The notes: generated by a model not told the origin, from the sequence alone. A stretch of DNA of 42,391 nucleotides from an uncultured Ruminococcus sp. (GCA_902784545.1 CACZVC010000001.1:1-42391); one strand, 5' to 3'. Positions 10,234-19,792 are shown, counted from the first letter of the stretch. Numbers and translations: made by a program.

Positions 10234-11489
10234 TATGAGATCGTCAGATGGACCGAATACGAGCCGATCGCGTAAATAACGCTGTTTGTGCTCGAGTTGC
10301 TTATCTCTATCCGCGCCGGTACAGTTACGTCGCCCGTCATACCCTGGTAGTTTTTCATATCAAGCACGACCTTGACGTCGTTTTCGTCAAAATACGTAAA
10401 GTATTCGCCGAGCGTACCGCGAAGCGTAACGTTAACGCTGTCGACGGCGGGCGTATAGGATTTGCCGTTTTCCGTGTTCTCGAATTCTATATTCTTGACG
10501 GACAGCGTTTTTACCGCCGTGTTTTTATGTTTTATGCTGATCTTAACGTTTTCCGCGCTGTCGGGAGCCGTGACCCCGTCGGGAAGATCGAGACTGTAAA
10601 CGACGGTGCCGTCGCTCATTATATCGGTCTCGTCGATCGTCGCTATTTTGAGCGAATCGATGCTTTCTATAACGTCGGACGGACCTTTTATCCTGATTTC
10701 GGACGGGTCGAGCGTTACCTCGGCGGTGTTATCGTTATAGTATCCGTACCTGAAATCGACGGTCAGAGGCACGGTTTTGAACTTATAGACCTCAATGCGG
10801 ACGAGAACGTCGGATACAGAACACGTAACGTATGGATTTGAATAAACGTTTCCGTCGTTGTCATAGAGGATGAGCGAGCCGGACGCGGTCATCGACGAGC
10901 TGATGTATCCCGGCTCTATCGTCACCTGCGCCTCTTTTATTTTTTTAAGCTCGTCGGCGGGGCCTTTTACCGTCACCGTGGAAAGCTCGGGCGTCGATTT
11001 TTCAAGCACGCAGTCCGTTTCAACGGTGTAATTGCGCAGATTTATTTTTATCGGCAGCGGCTTCGACGTGGTGTTGTCCAGGTAGACCGTCACGGTCTCA
11101 GGATATTTGTCGGACAGCGTAACGCCGCTCGGCAGCGTTACGCTCACCGTCAGAGTATGGAGTCCCGGCTCGACGGAAGCCGACGCGTCGACGTAAGCCT
11201 TAACGTCGGAGACGGTCATGGACATGACCTGATTTCTTTTTCCCTTGACTTTGATATCAATCGTGTGGTCGAGACCCGATATCACCGAAAGTCCCGTCGG
11301 TATGTTTTCGACCGACACGGGAACGCCGGAAATATTTGTTTCGTAAACGGGACTGTTCGCGCTAATGGCGTAAAGCCAGATTATGATCGCGATTATAACG
11401 GAAGCGATTTTGGCGGCTATATCGAAGCCTTTTGTTTTTTTAACGGTGTATTCTCCGCTTTCCGCAACGTAGGTGTCTTTATTTTTCAT
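10233..11489 (-). CDS. cdaR: YbbR-domain protein, CdaA regulator CdaR
   Basis: 418-aa ORF with one N-terminal TM helix followed by repeated beta-rich YbbR-like modules. It overlaps the cdaA stop by ATGA, the canonical position for cdaR. Confidence 0.78.
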   Translation of the reverse strand: MKNKDTYVAESGEYTVKKTKGFDIAAKIASVIIAIIIWLYAISANSPVYETNISGVPVSVENIPTGLSVISGLDHTIDIKVKGKRNQVMSMTVSDVKAYVDASASVEPGLHTLTVSVTLPSGVTLSDKYPETVTVYLDNTTSKPLPIKINLRNYTVETDCVLEKSTPELSTVTVKGPADELKKIKEAQVTIEPGYISSSMTASGSLILYDNDGNVYSNPYVTCSVSDVLVRIEVYKFKTVPLTVDFRYGYYNDNTAEVTLDPSEIRIKGPSDVIESIDSLKIATIDETDIMSDGTVVYSLDLPDGVTAPDSAENVKISIKHKNTAVKTLSVKNIEFENTENGKSYTPAVDSVNVTLRGTLGEYFTYFDENDVKVVLDMKNYQGMTGDVTVPARIEISNSSTNSVIYAIGSYSVHLTIS

Positions 11490-12349
11490 TTTGCGTCACC
11501 TCCGTTTGATTTTTTATGTATCCGCGGTGTTTTCTGCTCCGTTACAAGCAGCGAATAAAGCTGGTTTTTAAGTGAAGTATAATCGAAATTGCGTTTTAGC
11601 TCGCCGTCGAGCGCTATCGAAACGGTACCAGTCTCCTCGCTTACCACGATGACGATGGCGTCGCAGTTTTCGCTCATACCGATGGCGGCTCTGTGCCTTG
11701 TTCCGAGATCCTTGAAAATATCGTTTTTCTGCGATAGCGGCAGAAAACAGCCGACGGCTGATATTTTGTTGTTCGATATGATCATCGCGCCGTCGTGAAG
11801 CGGAGCTTTGTTGAAAAAGATATTCTTTATAAGCTGAGCGTTTACGTCCGCCGTAAGCACGGTCCCCGTCTTTTCTATATCGCCGAGCTTCGTATATCTT
11901 TCAATGACTATAAGACAGCCGGTCTTTGAATTTGACATATCGGTAACGGCTTCGCAGACGTTTGAGATCATCGCCTGGGTTTCCGCTGAGCCTCTGCTGT
12001 CGGATATGTTCTTCAAGCCCTTGAGAGGCTGCGCACCCATTTTTTCAAGCATGGAGCGCAGCTCAGGCTGGAAAAGTATGACGAGCGCGATAAGACCTAT
12101 CTGGAAAACGTTTGAAAGCAAAAAGCTCAAAGCGTACATATGCACGAGATCGCTTATTATAAAAACGAGCAAAAGAATGGCGACGCCTATCGCAAGCTTT
12201 GCCGCCCTGCGCGTTTTTATGAATTTGTAAAGCAGATAAATTAAGACCGCCACGATGATTATATCGATTATGTCCACTATCCGTATCGTTTTTAAAAGCG
12301 ACCACAGACTTGCAAACTGTGAGGCGATCGTATTGAAAAACTGGCTCAT
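11486..12349 (-). CDS. cdaA: Diadenylate cyclase CdaA (c-di-AMP synthase)
   Basis: 287-aa ORF with three N-terminal TM helices and a DAC domain carrying the DGA (LHDGAMII) and RHRAA (GTRHRAAIG) motifs. Confidence 0.93.
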   Translation of the reverse strand: MSQFFNTIASQFASLWSLLKTIRIVDIIDIIIVAVLIYLLYKFIKTRRAAKLAIGVAILLLVFIISDLVHMYALSFLLSNVFQIGLIALVILFQPELRSMLEKMGAQPLKGLKNISDSRGSAETQAMISNVCEAVTDMSNSKTGCLIVIERYTKLGDIEKTGTVLTADVNAQLIKNIFFNKAPLHDGAMIISNNKISAVGCFLPLSQKNDIFKDLGTRHRAAIGMSENCDAIVIVVSEETGTVSIALDGELKRNFDYTSLKNQLYSLLVTEQKTPRIHKKSNGGDAK

Positions 12350-12388
12350 ACGCTTCTCCGATGTAATGAATATTTATATACATCTTAT

Positions 12389-12417
12389 ACTATACCATAC
12401 AATAAAAATAAATTCAA
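12389..12417 (-). promoter_or_regulatory. Predicted sigma-A promoter for cdaA operon
   Basis: On the minus strand: TTGAAT, 17-nt spacer, TGgTATAGT (extended -10). It lies about 40 nt upstream of the cdaA ATG. Confidence 0.6.
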
Positions 12418-12521
12418 TATGAAATACTTAAAATTTATTGGATTTTTTTATTATTTTCATCGTTTGCGCGGTATGTGCGAAAAAATATGGGCAATAATTT
12501 TGAAATTTAAAACAAAAGAAC

Positions 12522-12550
12522 TTGCATTTTAATCTTTATTGTGATATAAT
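12522..12550 (+). promoter_or_regulatory. Predicted sigma-A promoter for P-loop/OFOR operon
   Basis: TTGCAT (12522-12527), 17-nt spacer, TGaTATAAT (extended -10, TATAAT 12545-12550). Confidence 0.65.
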
Positions 12551-12580
12551 AACCAAAATGATGCTTTTTTGAGGTCATTT

Positions 12581-13258
12581 ATGGCAATGTTTGATGTTTC
12601 TTCTCTCTCCGGCAGAGTCGTCGTTGTCGTCGGTCACTTCGGCAGCGGTAAAACGAACGTGTCGGTCAATTTAGCCGATATGCTCGGGAAGATAAACAAA
12701 ACGTATCTTATAGATTACGATAACGTCAATCCGTATTTCCGCGCGGCGGACGCGGCGGGTACGTTCGGTTCGTCCGACGTCACCGTCGTATCGGGAGAAT
12801 TTGTGAATACGAACGTCGATATCCCGTCCGTTTCTCCGCTCGTTTATTCCGCTTTGTGCGGAGCGGATAACGGTCACAGCGTAATATTCGACGTAGGCGG
12901 AGATATGACCGGCGCTGTCTCGCTCGGATTTCTGCACGACAAGCTCGTTGCGCTCGATCCGGTCGTTTTATACGTTTTTTCGGCTTTCAGACCTTTGACG
13001 GATTCGCCCGAGGCGGCTTATCAGATATTGAAGGAAATAGAAGCAAGCAGTAAACTGGCCGTGACGGCGCTTGTAAACAACAGCAATATCGGAGCGTATA
13101 CGACAGCGGAAGATATAGAATCGACAGCCGGCTATGCCGAAAGACTCTGCGATTTATCCGGTCTGCCGCTGCTTTTCACCTCGTATATGACCGACCGCGC
13201 GCCCGACGTGAAAGGTGAGATACTGAAAATAAACAACAGGACAAAAATACTTTTTTAA
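12581..13258 (+). CDS. Uncharacterised P-loop NTPase (Walker A GHFGSGKT), first gene of OFOR operon
   Basis: I place the start at ATG 12581 (GAGG SD 6 nt upstream) rather than the track's TTG at 12569. Walker A VVVVGHFGSGKTN, DxxG-like FDVGGD, possible degenerate NKxD (LVNNSN). No TM segments. Confidence 0.7.
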   Translation: MAMFDVSSLSGRVVVVVGHFGSGKTNVSVNLADMLGKINKTYLIDYDNVNPYFRAADAAGTFGSSDVTVVSGEFVNTNVDIPSVSPLVYSALCGADNGHSVIFDVGGDMTGAVSLGFLHDKLVALDPVVLYVFSAFRPLTDSPEAAYQILKEIEASSKLAVTALVNNSNIGAYTTAEDIESTAGYAERLCDLSGLPLLFTSYMTDRAPDVKGEILKINNRTKILF

Positions 13259-13270
13259 AAGGTGATGTAT

Positions 13271-13480
13271 ATGAACAAAGTTATTTTTGACAGCGAGTTA
13301 TGCAAGGGCTGCGGTCTTTGCGCCGCCGCTTGTCCGAAGAAGATCATATCGCTTGATACTTCGGTACTTAACGGTAAGGGTTATCATCCGGCACAGCTAA
13401 CCGACGAAAAAAGCTGTATAGCCTGCGCGTCGTGCGCGCTTATGTGTCCCGACGCGGTGATAACGGTAATAAAGGAATAA
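13271..13480 (+). CDS. 4Fe-4S dicluster ferredoxin, delta subunit of 2-oxoacid:ferredoxin oxidoreductase
   Basis: Two CxxCxxCxxxCP motifs (CKGCGLCAAACP, CIACASCALMCP). ATG 13271 is preferred because AGGTG lies 6 nt upstream; the track ORF begins at GTG 13262. Confidence 0.88.
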   Translation: MNKVIFDSELCKGCGLCAAACPKKIISLDTSVLNGKGYHPAQLTDEKSCIACASCALMCPDAVITVIKE

Positions 13481-13493
13481 GGAGGGATACGGT

Positions 13494-14555
13494 ATGGCAA
13501 AGGTGCTTATAAAAGGCAACGAGGCGGTAGCCGAGGCGGCTATAAGATCGGGCTGTAAATACTATTTCGGTTATCCTATAACTCCGCAGACGGAGATCGC
13601 CGAGTATATGGCTAAAAAAATGCCGAAGGTCGGCGGGCTTTGCTTACAGGCGGAATCCGAGGTCGCTGCGATAAATATGGTATACGGCGCGTCCGCTTCC
13701 GGCGTCCGCGTAATGACGTCGTCGTCATCTCCCGGTATAAGCCTCAAAAGCGAGGGCGTAAGCTACATAGTCGGCTGTGATCTGCCCTGCGTTATTTTAA
13801 ACGTACAGAGAGGCGGTCCCGGTCTCGGCGGTATCCAGCCGTCGCAGTCTGATTACTATCAGGCGACAAAGGCGCTCGGTCACGGCGATATGCAGCTTTT
13901 TGTGCTCGCTCCTTCGTCCGTGCAGGAAATGGCGCAGCTGACCGCCGACGCTTTCGGCGTCGCCGATAAATACAGGATGCCCGTACTTATCCTCGCCGAC
14001 GGCGCTCTCGGTCAGATGATGGAGCCGGTCGATTTCGACGCGCTTCACTTCACACCCGAGCCCGAAAAACCTTGGGCGGTGAACGGCCACGCGGGCAAAC
14101 GCAAAAAGAACATAATCACCTCCCTTTTCTTAAAGCCTGAGGAGCTTGAGTCGAATATTCTCGAGCGCGAAAAGAAATATAAGACGGTAAGGGAAAACGA
14201 GGTAAGATTTGAAAACTATATGTGCGACGACGCGGATATAGTCATAGTGTCGTTCGGCATAACCGCAAGGATATCGAAGGCGGCGGTGAACGAAGCGAGA
14301 AAGAAAGGCATAAAAGCCGGTCTTCTCCGCCCCATAACGCTTTCTCCGTTCCCGACGGACGAGCTTTACAGACTTTCCGGCTCCGCTTCCGCGTTTTTGT
14401 CGGTCGAGCTTAATATGGGTCAGATGGTAAACGACGTAAAATTGGCCGTTCAATGCAGAAAGCCCGTACATTTCTACGGAAGAACGGGCGGCAGTCTTAT
14501 GTCGAGCGAGGACGTCCTCGAACAGATAATCAAGATCTCGGGAGGTTTATTATGA
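13494..14555 (+). CDS. 2-oxoacid:ferredoxin oxidoreductase alpha subunit (KorA/VorB type)
   Basis: 353-aa ORF with an N-terminus [28 protein letters not shown] typical of OFOR alpha subunits. GGAGGG SD. 2-oxoacid specificity cannot be read from the sequence. Confidence 0.88.
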   Translation: MAKVLIKGNEAVAEAAIRSGCKYYFGYPITPQTEIAEYMAKKMPKVGGLCLQAESEVAAINMVYGASASGVRVMTSSSSPGISLKSEGVSYIVGCDLPCVILNVQRGGPGLGGIQPSQSDYYQATKALGHGDMQLFVLAPSSVQEMAQLTADAFGVADKYRMPVLILADGALGQMMEPVDFDALHFTPEPEKPWAVNGHAGKRKKNIITSLFLKPEELESNILEREKKYKTVRENEVRFENYMCDDADIVIVSFGITARISKAAVNEARKKGIKAGLLRPITLSPFPTDELYRLSGSASAFLSVELNMGQMVNDVKLAVQCRKPVHFYGRTGGSLMSSEDVLEQIIKISGGLL

Positions 14556-15313
14556 TAGTATATAAAAGACCTGAAGCGCTGTCAAAGGTCCCGATGCATT
14601 ACTGCCCCGGCTGCACGCACGGCATAGTCCACAGACTTGTCGCCGAGGTCATAGACGAGCTGGGCATCGAGGCTGATACGGTAGGCGTCGCGCCTGTCGG
14701 CTGCGCGGTTTTCGCATATAATTACTTTGAATGCGACTTTATCGAGGCGTCGCACGGCAGAGCTCCCGCCGTTGCAACGGGTATCAAGCGCACTCATCCG
14801 GACAAGATAGTTTTCACATATCAGGGCGACGGCGATTTAGCCGCGATAGGCACGGCTGAGACCGTACACGCGTCCGCGAGAGGCGAAAACATTACCATTA
14901 TCTTTATAAACAACACGAACTACGGTATGACCGGCGGTCAGATGGCGCCGACTACGATGCCCGGACAGGTAACGACCACCTCGCCCTACGGCAGACAGAA
15001 AATGATACAGGGCAACCCGATACACGTTTGTGAAATGCTGTCGACGCTCGACGGCGTTGCATACGCCGAGCGCGTTGCGGTAAACAGCGTCGTAAACGTA
15101 CGCAAGGCGAAAAAGGCTATCAAAAAGGCGTTTCAGAATCAGATAGACAAAAAAGGTCTGTCAATAGTTGAGGTTTTATCGACCTGCCCGACGAACTGGG
15201 GTATGTCGCCGACTGACGCTTTGAAATTCGTGGACGAGAAAATGATACCGTTTTATCCTTTGGGCGTATACGTCGACAGAAACGCCATGGGAGGTGAGCA
15301 AAGTGACAAATAA
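14552..15313 (+). CDS. 2-oxoacid:ferredoxin oxidoreductase beta subunit (TPP-binding)
   Basis: Start set at ATG 14552 (GGGAGG SD, ATGA overlap with the alpha stop). The track ORF start at 14453 lies inside the alpha gene. YCPGCTHG cluster ligands and a TPP motif GDGD...[11 protein letters not shown]. Confidence 0.9.
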   Translation: MIVYKRPEALSKVPMHYCPGCTHGIVHRLVAEVIDELGIEADTVGVAPVGCAVFAYNYFECDFIEASHGRAPAVATGIKRTHPDKIVFTYQGDGDLAAIGTAETVHASARGENITIIFINNTNYGMTGGQMAPTTMPGQVTTTSPYGRQKMIQGNPIHVCEMLSTLDGVAYAERVAVNSVVNVRKAKKAIKKAFQNQIDKKGLSIVEVLSTCPTNWGMSPTDALKFVDEKMIPFYPLGVYVDRNAMGGEQSDK

Positions 15314-15839
15314 GATGATTTTAGCCGGCTTCGGCGGTCAGGGTATTCTGTTTCTCGGCAAAAAGTTAGCCTCCGCCGGAATGGAAAACGATCTTAACGT
15401 AACGTGGCTTCCGTCATACGGACCGGAACAGCGCGGCGGCACCTGCAACTGCAGCGTGATTCTCTCCGATACGGATATAAGCTCGCCGATAATCGGCTCG
15501 CCCGACACTCTCGTTGCCTTTAATATCCAGTCATACGAAAAATTCATGCCGAGGATCACTCCGGGAGGCGTTCTTTTCGCCGACAGTACGCTTATAGATA
15601 AAAGACCGGAGCGCACGGATATAAGCGCGTATTTCATCCCCGCCACGCAGATCGCAAACGATCTTGGCTACCCCAAGCTCGTGAACGTTGTTATGCTCGG
15701 ATATCTTATTAAAAAGACAGCCGTGTTTGAGAGGGATTATATGAGATCGTATCTTACCGATTCTCTCCCCGAATCCAAAGCAGCCCTGCGCGAGGCTAAC
15801 GGAAAAGCCTTTGACGCGGGTTACGGGTACGAAGGATGA
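15303..15839 (+). CDS. 2-oxoacid:ferredoxin oxidoreductase gamma subunit
   Basis: [15 protein letters not shown] motif typical of OFOR gamma. GTG 15303 sits 6 nt after GGGAGGTG. The alternative GTG at 15294 lies inside the SD itself. Confidence 0.85.
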   Translation: MTNKMILAGFGGQGILFLGKKLASAGMENDLNVTWLPSYGPEQRGGTCNCSVILSDTDISSPIIGSPDTLVAFNIQSYEKFMPRITPGGVLFADSTLIDKRPERTDISAYFIPATQIANDLGYPKLVNVVMLGYLIKKTAVFERDYMRSYLTDSLPESKAALREANGKAFDAGYGYEG

Positions 15840-16633
15840 ATAAAAAAAGGACGAACAAAGCCGTAAAGAAAAGCCCGTATAATAAGTTTACGCGGGCGAT
15901 GAAAAAGCTTTTCGGCGTTGACCACAGAGATTATTTCAACAGCGCGATAATCGTCGCCGCCGGCTCCGGCACACGTATGAATCTGCCCGACGGGCAGACG
16001 AAGCAGACGCTTGAGATAGACGGCGAACCGGTTGTCGTCCGCACCGTAAAGCAGTTTGAAGCGTGCGAGGATATAAACGAGATAATTTTAGTCGTAAAGC
16101 GCGATGAATTTGATATTTTCAAGGAGTATTACAAGAAATACAAATTCAAAAAGGTCGCGCATATCGTCGCGGGCGGAGATACGCGCCAGCAGTCCGTTTT
16201 AAACGGTCTGACAAGAGTTTCGGATATCGCAGATTTCGTAACGATACACGACGGAGTCAGATGTCTGATAACGCCGGAAATGATATCGGAGGTATGTACC
16301 TTCGCTTACCATTACGGGGCGGCGACCGCCGTTACAAAGCCATCCGACACGCTGAAGCTGAGCGAGGACGGCTCGTTTATAAAAGAGACCGTCGACCGCG
16401 ACAAGATATATCAGGCGCAGACGCCGCAGATCTTCAAGTACGATATGTACCGTGCCGCGGCCATGTCCGCCAAAAAAGACGACTTTTCGGCGACCGACGA
16501 CAATTCTCTTGTCGAGCGTATGAAATTCAAGATCTATATGTGCGATCTCGGTAAGGAAAACATCAAGATCACGACGAAAGAAGACGTTTACGTCGCTGAC
16601 GCGATATTGAAATCGCGCGGAGGCAGGTTATGA
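15836..16633 (+). CDS. ispD: 2-C-methyl-D-erythritol 4-phosphate cytidylyltransferase
   Basis: [13 protein letters not shown]-loop-like motif and full-length IspD resemblance. ATG 15836 overlaps the gamma stop (ATGA) and adds a 21-aa basic N-terminal extension. ATG 15899 is an alternative start. Confidence 0.88.
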   Translation: MNKKRTNKAVKKSPYNKFTRAMKKLFGVDHRDYFNSAIIVAAGSGTRMNLPDGQTKQTLEIDGEPVVVRTVKQFEACEDINEIILVVKRDEFDIFKEYYKKYKFKKVAHIVAGGDTRQQSVLNGLTRVSDIADFVTIHDGVRCLITPEMISEVCTFAYHYGAATAVTKPSDTLKLSEDGSFIKETVDRDKIYQAQTPQIFKYDMYRAAAMSAKKDDFSATDDNSLVERMKFKIYMCDLGKENIKITTKEDVYVADAILKSRGGRL

Positions 16634-17106
16634 GCGTAAGGATAGGTCACGGTTACGACGTTCACAGGCTCACGGAGGGCAGACGTCTTGTTTTAGGAGG
16701 CGTCGATATACCGTTCGAGCTCGGGCTTGACGGTCATTCCGACGCGGACGTGCTTTTGCACGCGATATGCGACGCCTTGCTCGGCGCGGCTGCCATGCGC
16801 GATATCGGATATCATTTTCCCGACAATAACAGTAAATACGAGGGTGTAAGCAGTCTGCTGCTTCTCGACTCCGTTTACAAAATGCTTCAGCGGGAAGGAT
16901 ATTATATCCTTAATATCGACGCGACGGTAATAGTACAGAGACCGAAGCTGAGACCGTATATCGAAACGATGATCGACAATATAGCAAAATGTCTTCACCT
17001 TGACAGATCCTGCGTAAACATAAAAGCCACGACGGAGGAACGTCTCGGCTTTACCGGCAGAGGCGAAGGCATATCCGCTCACGCCGTTTGTCTTATAGAA
17101 AAATGA
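16630..17106 (+). CDS. ispF: 2-C-methyl-D-erythritol 2,4-cyclodiphosphate synthase
   Basis: 158-aa ORF with [10 protein letters not shown] and [12 protein letters not shown] motifs. ATGA overlap with the ispD stop. Confidence 0.95.
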   Translation: MSVRIGHGYDVHRLTEGRRLVLGGVDIPFELGLDGHSDADVLLHAICDALLGAAAMRDIGYHFPDNNSKYEGVSSLLLLDSVYKMLQREGYYILNIDATVIVQRPKLRPYIETMIDNIAKCLHLDRSCVNIKATTEERLGFTGRGEGISAHAVCLIEK

Positions 17107-17132
17107 GGCTGTTTTTACAGTCTCGTTTTTTT
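17105..17132 (+). terminator. Intrinsic terminator after ispF
   Basis: 7-bp stem GAGGCTG/CAGTCTC (one G-U pair, favouring plus-strand RNA), 6-nt loop, then G+TTTTTTT. Confidence 0.65.
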
Positions 17133-17161
17133 AACATTTTGAAAATTGTATTGAAAAAACC

Positions 17162-17190
17162 TTGATAATTTCGTCGATTTATGGTACAAT
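17162..17190 (+). promoter_or_regulatory. Predicted sigma-A promoter for pcrA
   Basis: TTGATA, 17-nt spacer, TGgTACAAT (extended -10). Confidence 0.6.
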
Positions 17191-17235
17191 AACTATGTAA
17201 TTTTATGCCTATTTTCGTTTGTTTTGGAGTGTGCT

Positions 17236-19620
17236 ATGAAAAAGCTTAACGACAGAGAGTTATATGATTTAAAGCAAAAAGCTTTTGACGTTTATTACGG
17301 TAATCTTAATGAAATGCAGCGGAAATCCGTTTACACGGTCGAAGGTCCGCTTCTTGTTCTTGCGGGCGCCGGCACCGGTAAAACGACCGTTCTTGTAAAC
17401 CGTATAGCGCATATCCTGTCTTTCGGCAACGCATATTACGACGACTTTGTTCCCGATTCTCTTACGGATGACGACGTTGAAATATTGAAAAACGCGGCTG
17501 ACGCCGATAAAGAGGCGCTTGGCGACGTTTTAAGGAAATTCCGAACAAAGGGCTGCGGAAAGCACGGCATACTTGCGATCACGTTTACGAACAAAGCTGC
17601 GGACGAAATGAAAACAAGGCTTGCAAACATCATAAACGACGATTACGGCGATATGTGGGTCGGTACGTTCCATTCCGTCTGCGTGAGGATACTGCGCGCA
17701 AACGCGGAGCTTCTGGGCTATGACCGTTATTTTACGATATACGACGCGGACGACAGCAAAAAGCTGATTCAGGAGTGTATGAAGCGGCTAAATATAGACG
17801 AGCGTTTTCTCCCCGTCAATTCCGTTGAAAAGCGTATAAGCGGCGCCAAAAACATGCTTATCGACGCGGAGAGCTTCGTTGCGGAAACAGCCGGCGATTT
17901 CAGAGATTCACAGATAGCGACGATATACGAGCTGTATCAGCGCGAGCTTAAGAAAAACAACGCGTTTGACTTTGACGATCTTATATCGGAGACAGTAAGG
18001 CTTTTATCCGAGCACGACGACGTGCTTGAAAGGTATTCTTCAAGATTCAGATACATAAGCGTAGACGAGTATCAGGACACAAACCGCGCCCAGTCCGTGC
18101 TTATAAAGCTTCTGGCAACCGTAAACGGAAACGTAATGGCGGTCGGCGACGACGATCAGAGCATATATAAATTCAGAGGCGCGACGATCAAGAACATACT
18201 TGAATTCGACAAGACCTTCAAAAACTGCGCGGTAATAAAGCTCGAGGAAAACTACAGGTCGACCGGGAATATACTCGAAGCCGCGAACTCTGTGATAAGA
18301 AACAATAAAAGCCGCAGAGGCAAGGAGCTTTTTACACGCGCGGGCGACGGTAATAAAGTACATATAAGGCGTATGCCGAACAACAACGACGAGGCGAGAT
18401 ACATAATAAACGTCGTGCGCGAGGGCGTGGCGAAATACAACAAAGCTTTTTCCGATTACGCTATTCTCTACCGTATGAACGCGCAGGCAAACGCCATACA
18501 GACCGCGTTCAGCAAAAGCGGGATCCCGTTCCGTATAATCGGCGGCAGACGCTTCTATGAAAAGAAAGAGATAAGGGACGTTATAGCGTATCTGACGATT
18601 ATTAACAACCCCGCGGACGATCAGCGGCTTTTGCGAATCATAAACGAGCCGAAGCGTAAAATAGGCAATTCGACCATAGACGCAATCCGAGCCATAGCCG
18701 AGGAGCAGGAGACGGATCTTTTCAGGATCATGACGACGTCCGCCGATATACCGGCTTTATGTAAAGTCGCGTCAAAGCTGACGAAATTCTCCGAAATGAT
18801 ACTGAATCTCAAATCGCTTGAAAACACGCTTCCTCTCCCCGAGTTTCTCGAACTGATACTCGATCAGACGGGCTACCGCGATATGCTGCTTACAAGCGGC
18901 GACGAGGAGGATAAGGACAGGCTTGAAAACATCGAGGAATTGAAATCGTCAATGACGCAGTACGAGCTTGAGAATGAAAATCCGACGCTCGAAGGCTTTT
19001 TACAAAACATTTCGCTTATTACGGATATAGACAACTACGACACGACCGCGAACGCGGTGGTTATGATGACGATACACAGCGCAAAAGGGCTTGAGTTCCC
19101 GATAGTTTTCCTGCCGGGTATGGAAGAGGGAGTTTTCCCGGGAAATCAATCGATAAACGATCCCGTGGAGCTTGAGGAGGAACGCCGCCTCGCATACGTT
19201 GCCATAACACGCGCGAAGGAGGAGCTGTATCTTATTCACTGCTCCGAAAGATTGCTGTACGGTAAGACATCTTTTAATCCCGTATCGCGATTCGCTTCGG
19301 AAATCTCACCCGAATTCACCGACGCCGTTGTAAACAAACGCGCAAACGTCCTGCAAAAAATGCAGGAGAATAATACAAAGCGCCGCCATCAGCTTTCATC
19401 GGAGATAATGAAGGATTCGGAGACGCTCAAAAACGTCGGCAAAACGCAGGGATACGAGACCTTCGGAGAGGGCGACCGGGTAAGGCACATCACTTTCGGC
19501 GTAGGTACGGTCATATCGGTCGTACCGATGGGTGCAGATACGATGTACGAAATAAACTTCGATCTGCACGGCAGAAAGCGCCTTATGGCGACGTACGCGA
19601 AGCTTACAAAAGCGGAATGA
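17236..19620 (+). CDS. pcrA: ATP-dependent DNA helicase PcrA (UvrD/Rep superfamily 1)
   Basis: Start at ATG 17236 (GGAG SD 6 nt upstream). Walker A LAGAGTGKTTVL, DEYQDTN, and the later helicase motifs (VMMTIHSAKGLEF, RLAYVAITRAK). Confidence 0.93.
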   Translation: MKKLNDRELYDLKQKAFDVYYGNLNEMQRKSVYTVEGPLLVLAGAGTGKTTVLVNRIAHILSFGNAYYDDFVPDSLTDDDVEILKNAADADKEALGDVLRKFRTKGCGKHGILAITFTNKAADEMKTRLANIINDDYGDMWVGTFHSVCVRILRANAELLGYDRYFTIYDADDSKKLIQECMKRLNIDERFLPVNSVEKRISGAKNMLIDAESFVAETAGDFRDSQIATIYELYQRELKKNNAFDFDDLISETVRLLSEHDDVLERYSSRFRYISVDEYQDTNRAQSVLIKLLATVNGNVMAVGDDDQSIYKFRGATIKNILEFDKTFKNCAVIKLEENYRSTGNILEAANSVIRNNKSRRGKELFTRAGDGNKVHIRRMPNNNDEARYIINVVREGVAKYNKAFSDYAILYRMNAQANAIQTAFSKSGIPFRIIGGRRFYEKKEIRDVIAYLTIINNPADDQRLLRIINEPKRKIGNSTIDAIRAIAEEQETDLFRIMTTSADIPALCKVASKLTKFSEMILNLKSLENTLPLPEFLELILDQTGYRDMLLTSGDEEDKDRLENIEELKSSMTQYELENENPTLEGFLQNISLITDIDNYDTTANAVVMMTIHSAKGLEFPIVFLPGMEEGVFPGNQSINDPVELEEERRLAYVAITRAKEELYLIHCSERLLYGKTSFNPVSRFASEISPEFTDAVVNKRANVLQKMQENNTKRRHQLSSEIMKDSETLKNVGKTQGYETFGEGDRVRHITFGVGTVISVVPMGADTMYEINFDLHGRKRLMATYAKLTKAE

Positions 19621-19690
19621 AATTATTAAGAATTATTAAGACTTATTAAGGTTTTTAATAAAATCGTCCCGTTTATTAAGAATTATTAAA
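19621..19690. repeat. Five copies of (A)TTATTAAG phased at multiples of 10 bp
   Basis: AATTATTAAG at 19621 and 19631, ACTTATTAAG at 19641, GTTTATTAAG at 19671, AATTATTAAA at 19681. Offsets are 10, 10, 30 and 10 bp. The array starts immediately after the pcrA stop. Confidence 0.8.
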
Positions 19691-19705
19691 TCGGTGCAAA
19701 ACCTA

Positions 19706-19734
19706 TTGATTTTTTTGAAAAAATCCGCTATAAT
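19706..19734 (+). promoter_or_regulatory. Near-consensus sigma-A promoter upstream of nfeD
   Basis: TTGATT (19706-19711), 17-nt spacer, TATAAT (19729-19734). Confidence 0.6.
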
Positions 19735-19740
19735 CAATAT

Positions 19741-19792
19741 AGCCGGAGGGAAAGAGGAAAAGTACCTCTGAGCCTCTCCGGCTTTTATTATT
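19741..19792 (+). terminator. Terminator-like hairpin (pcrA terminator and/or nfeD leader structure)
   Basis: AGCCGGAGGG (19741-19750) pairs with CCTCTCCGGCT (19773-19783), giving 10 bp with one G-U. An inner GAGG/CCTC stem is present. TTTTATTATT follows. AAGGAGG SD at 19796 and nfeD ATG at 19808. Confidence 0.6.

Noticed and set aside
12419-12532. A 37-aa ORF (MKYLKFIGFFYYFHRLRGMCEKIWAIILKFKTKELAF) in the cdaA/P-loop divergent spacer. It is not in the track.
   Set aside because: It has no SD, it overlaps both predicted -35 regions, and it sits in very AT-rich DNA where such ORFs arise by chance. There is no evidence for it beyond being open.
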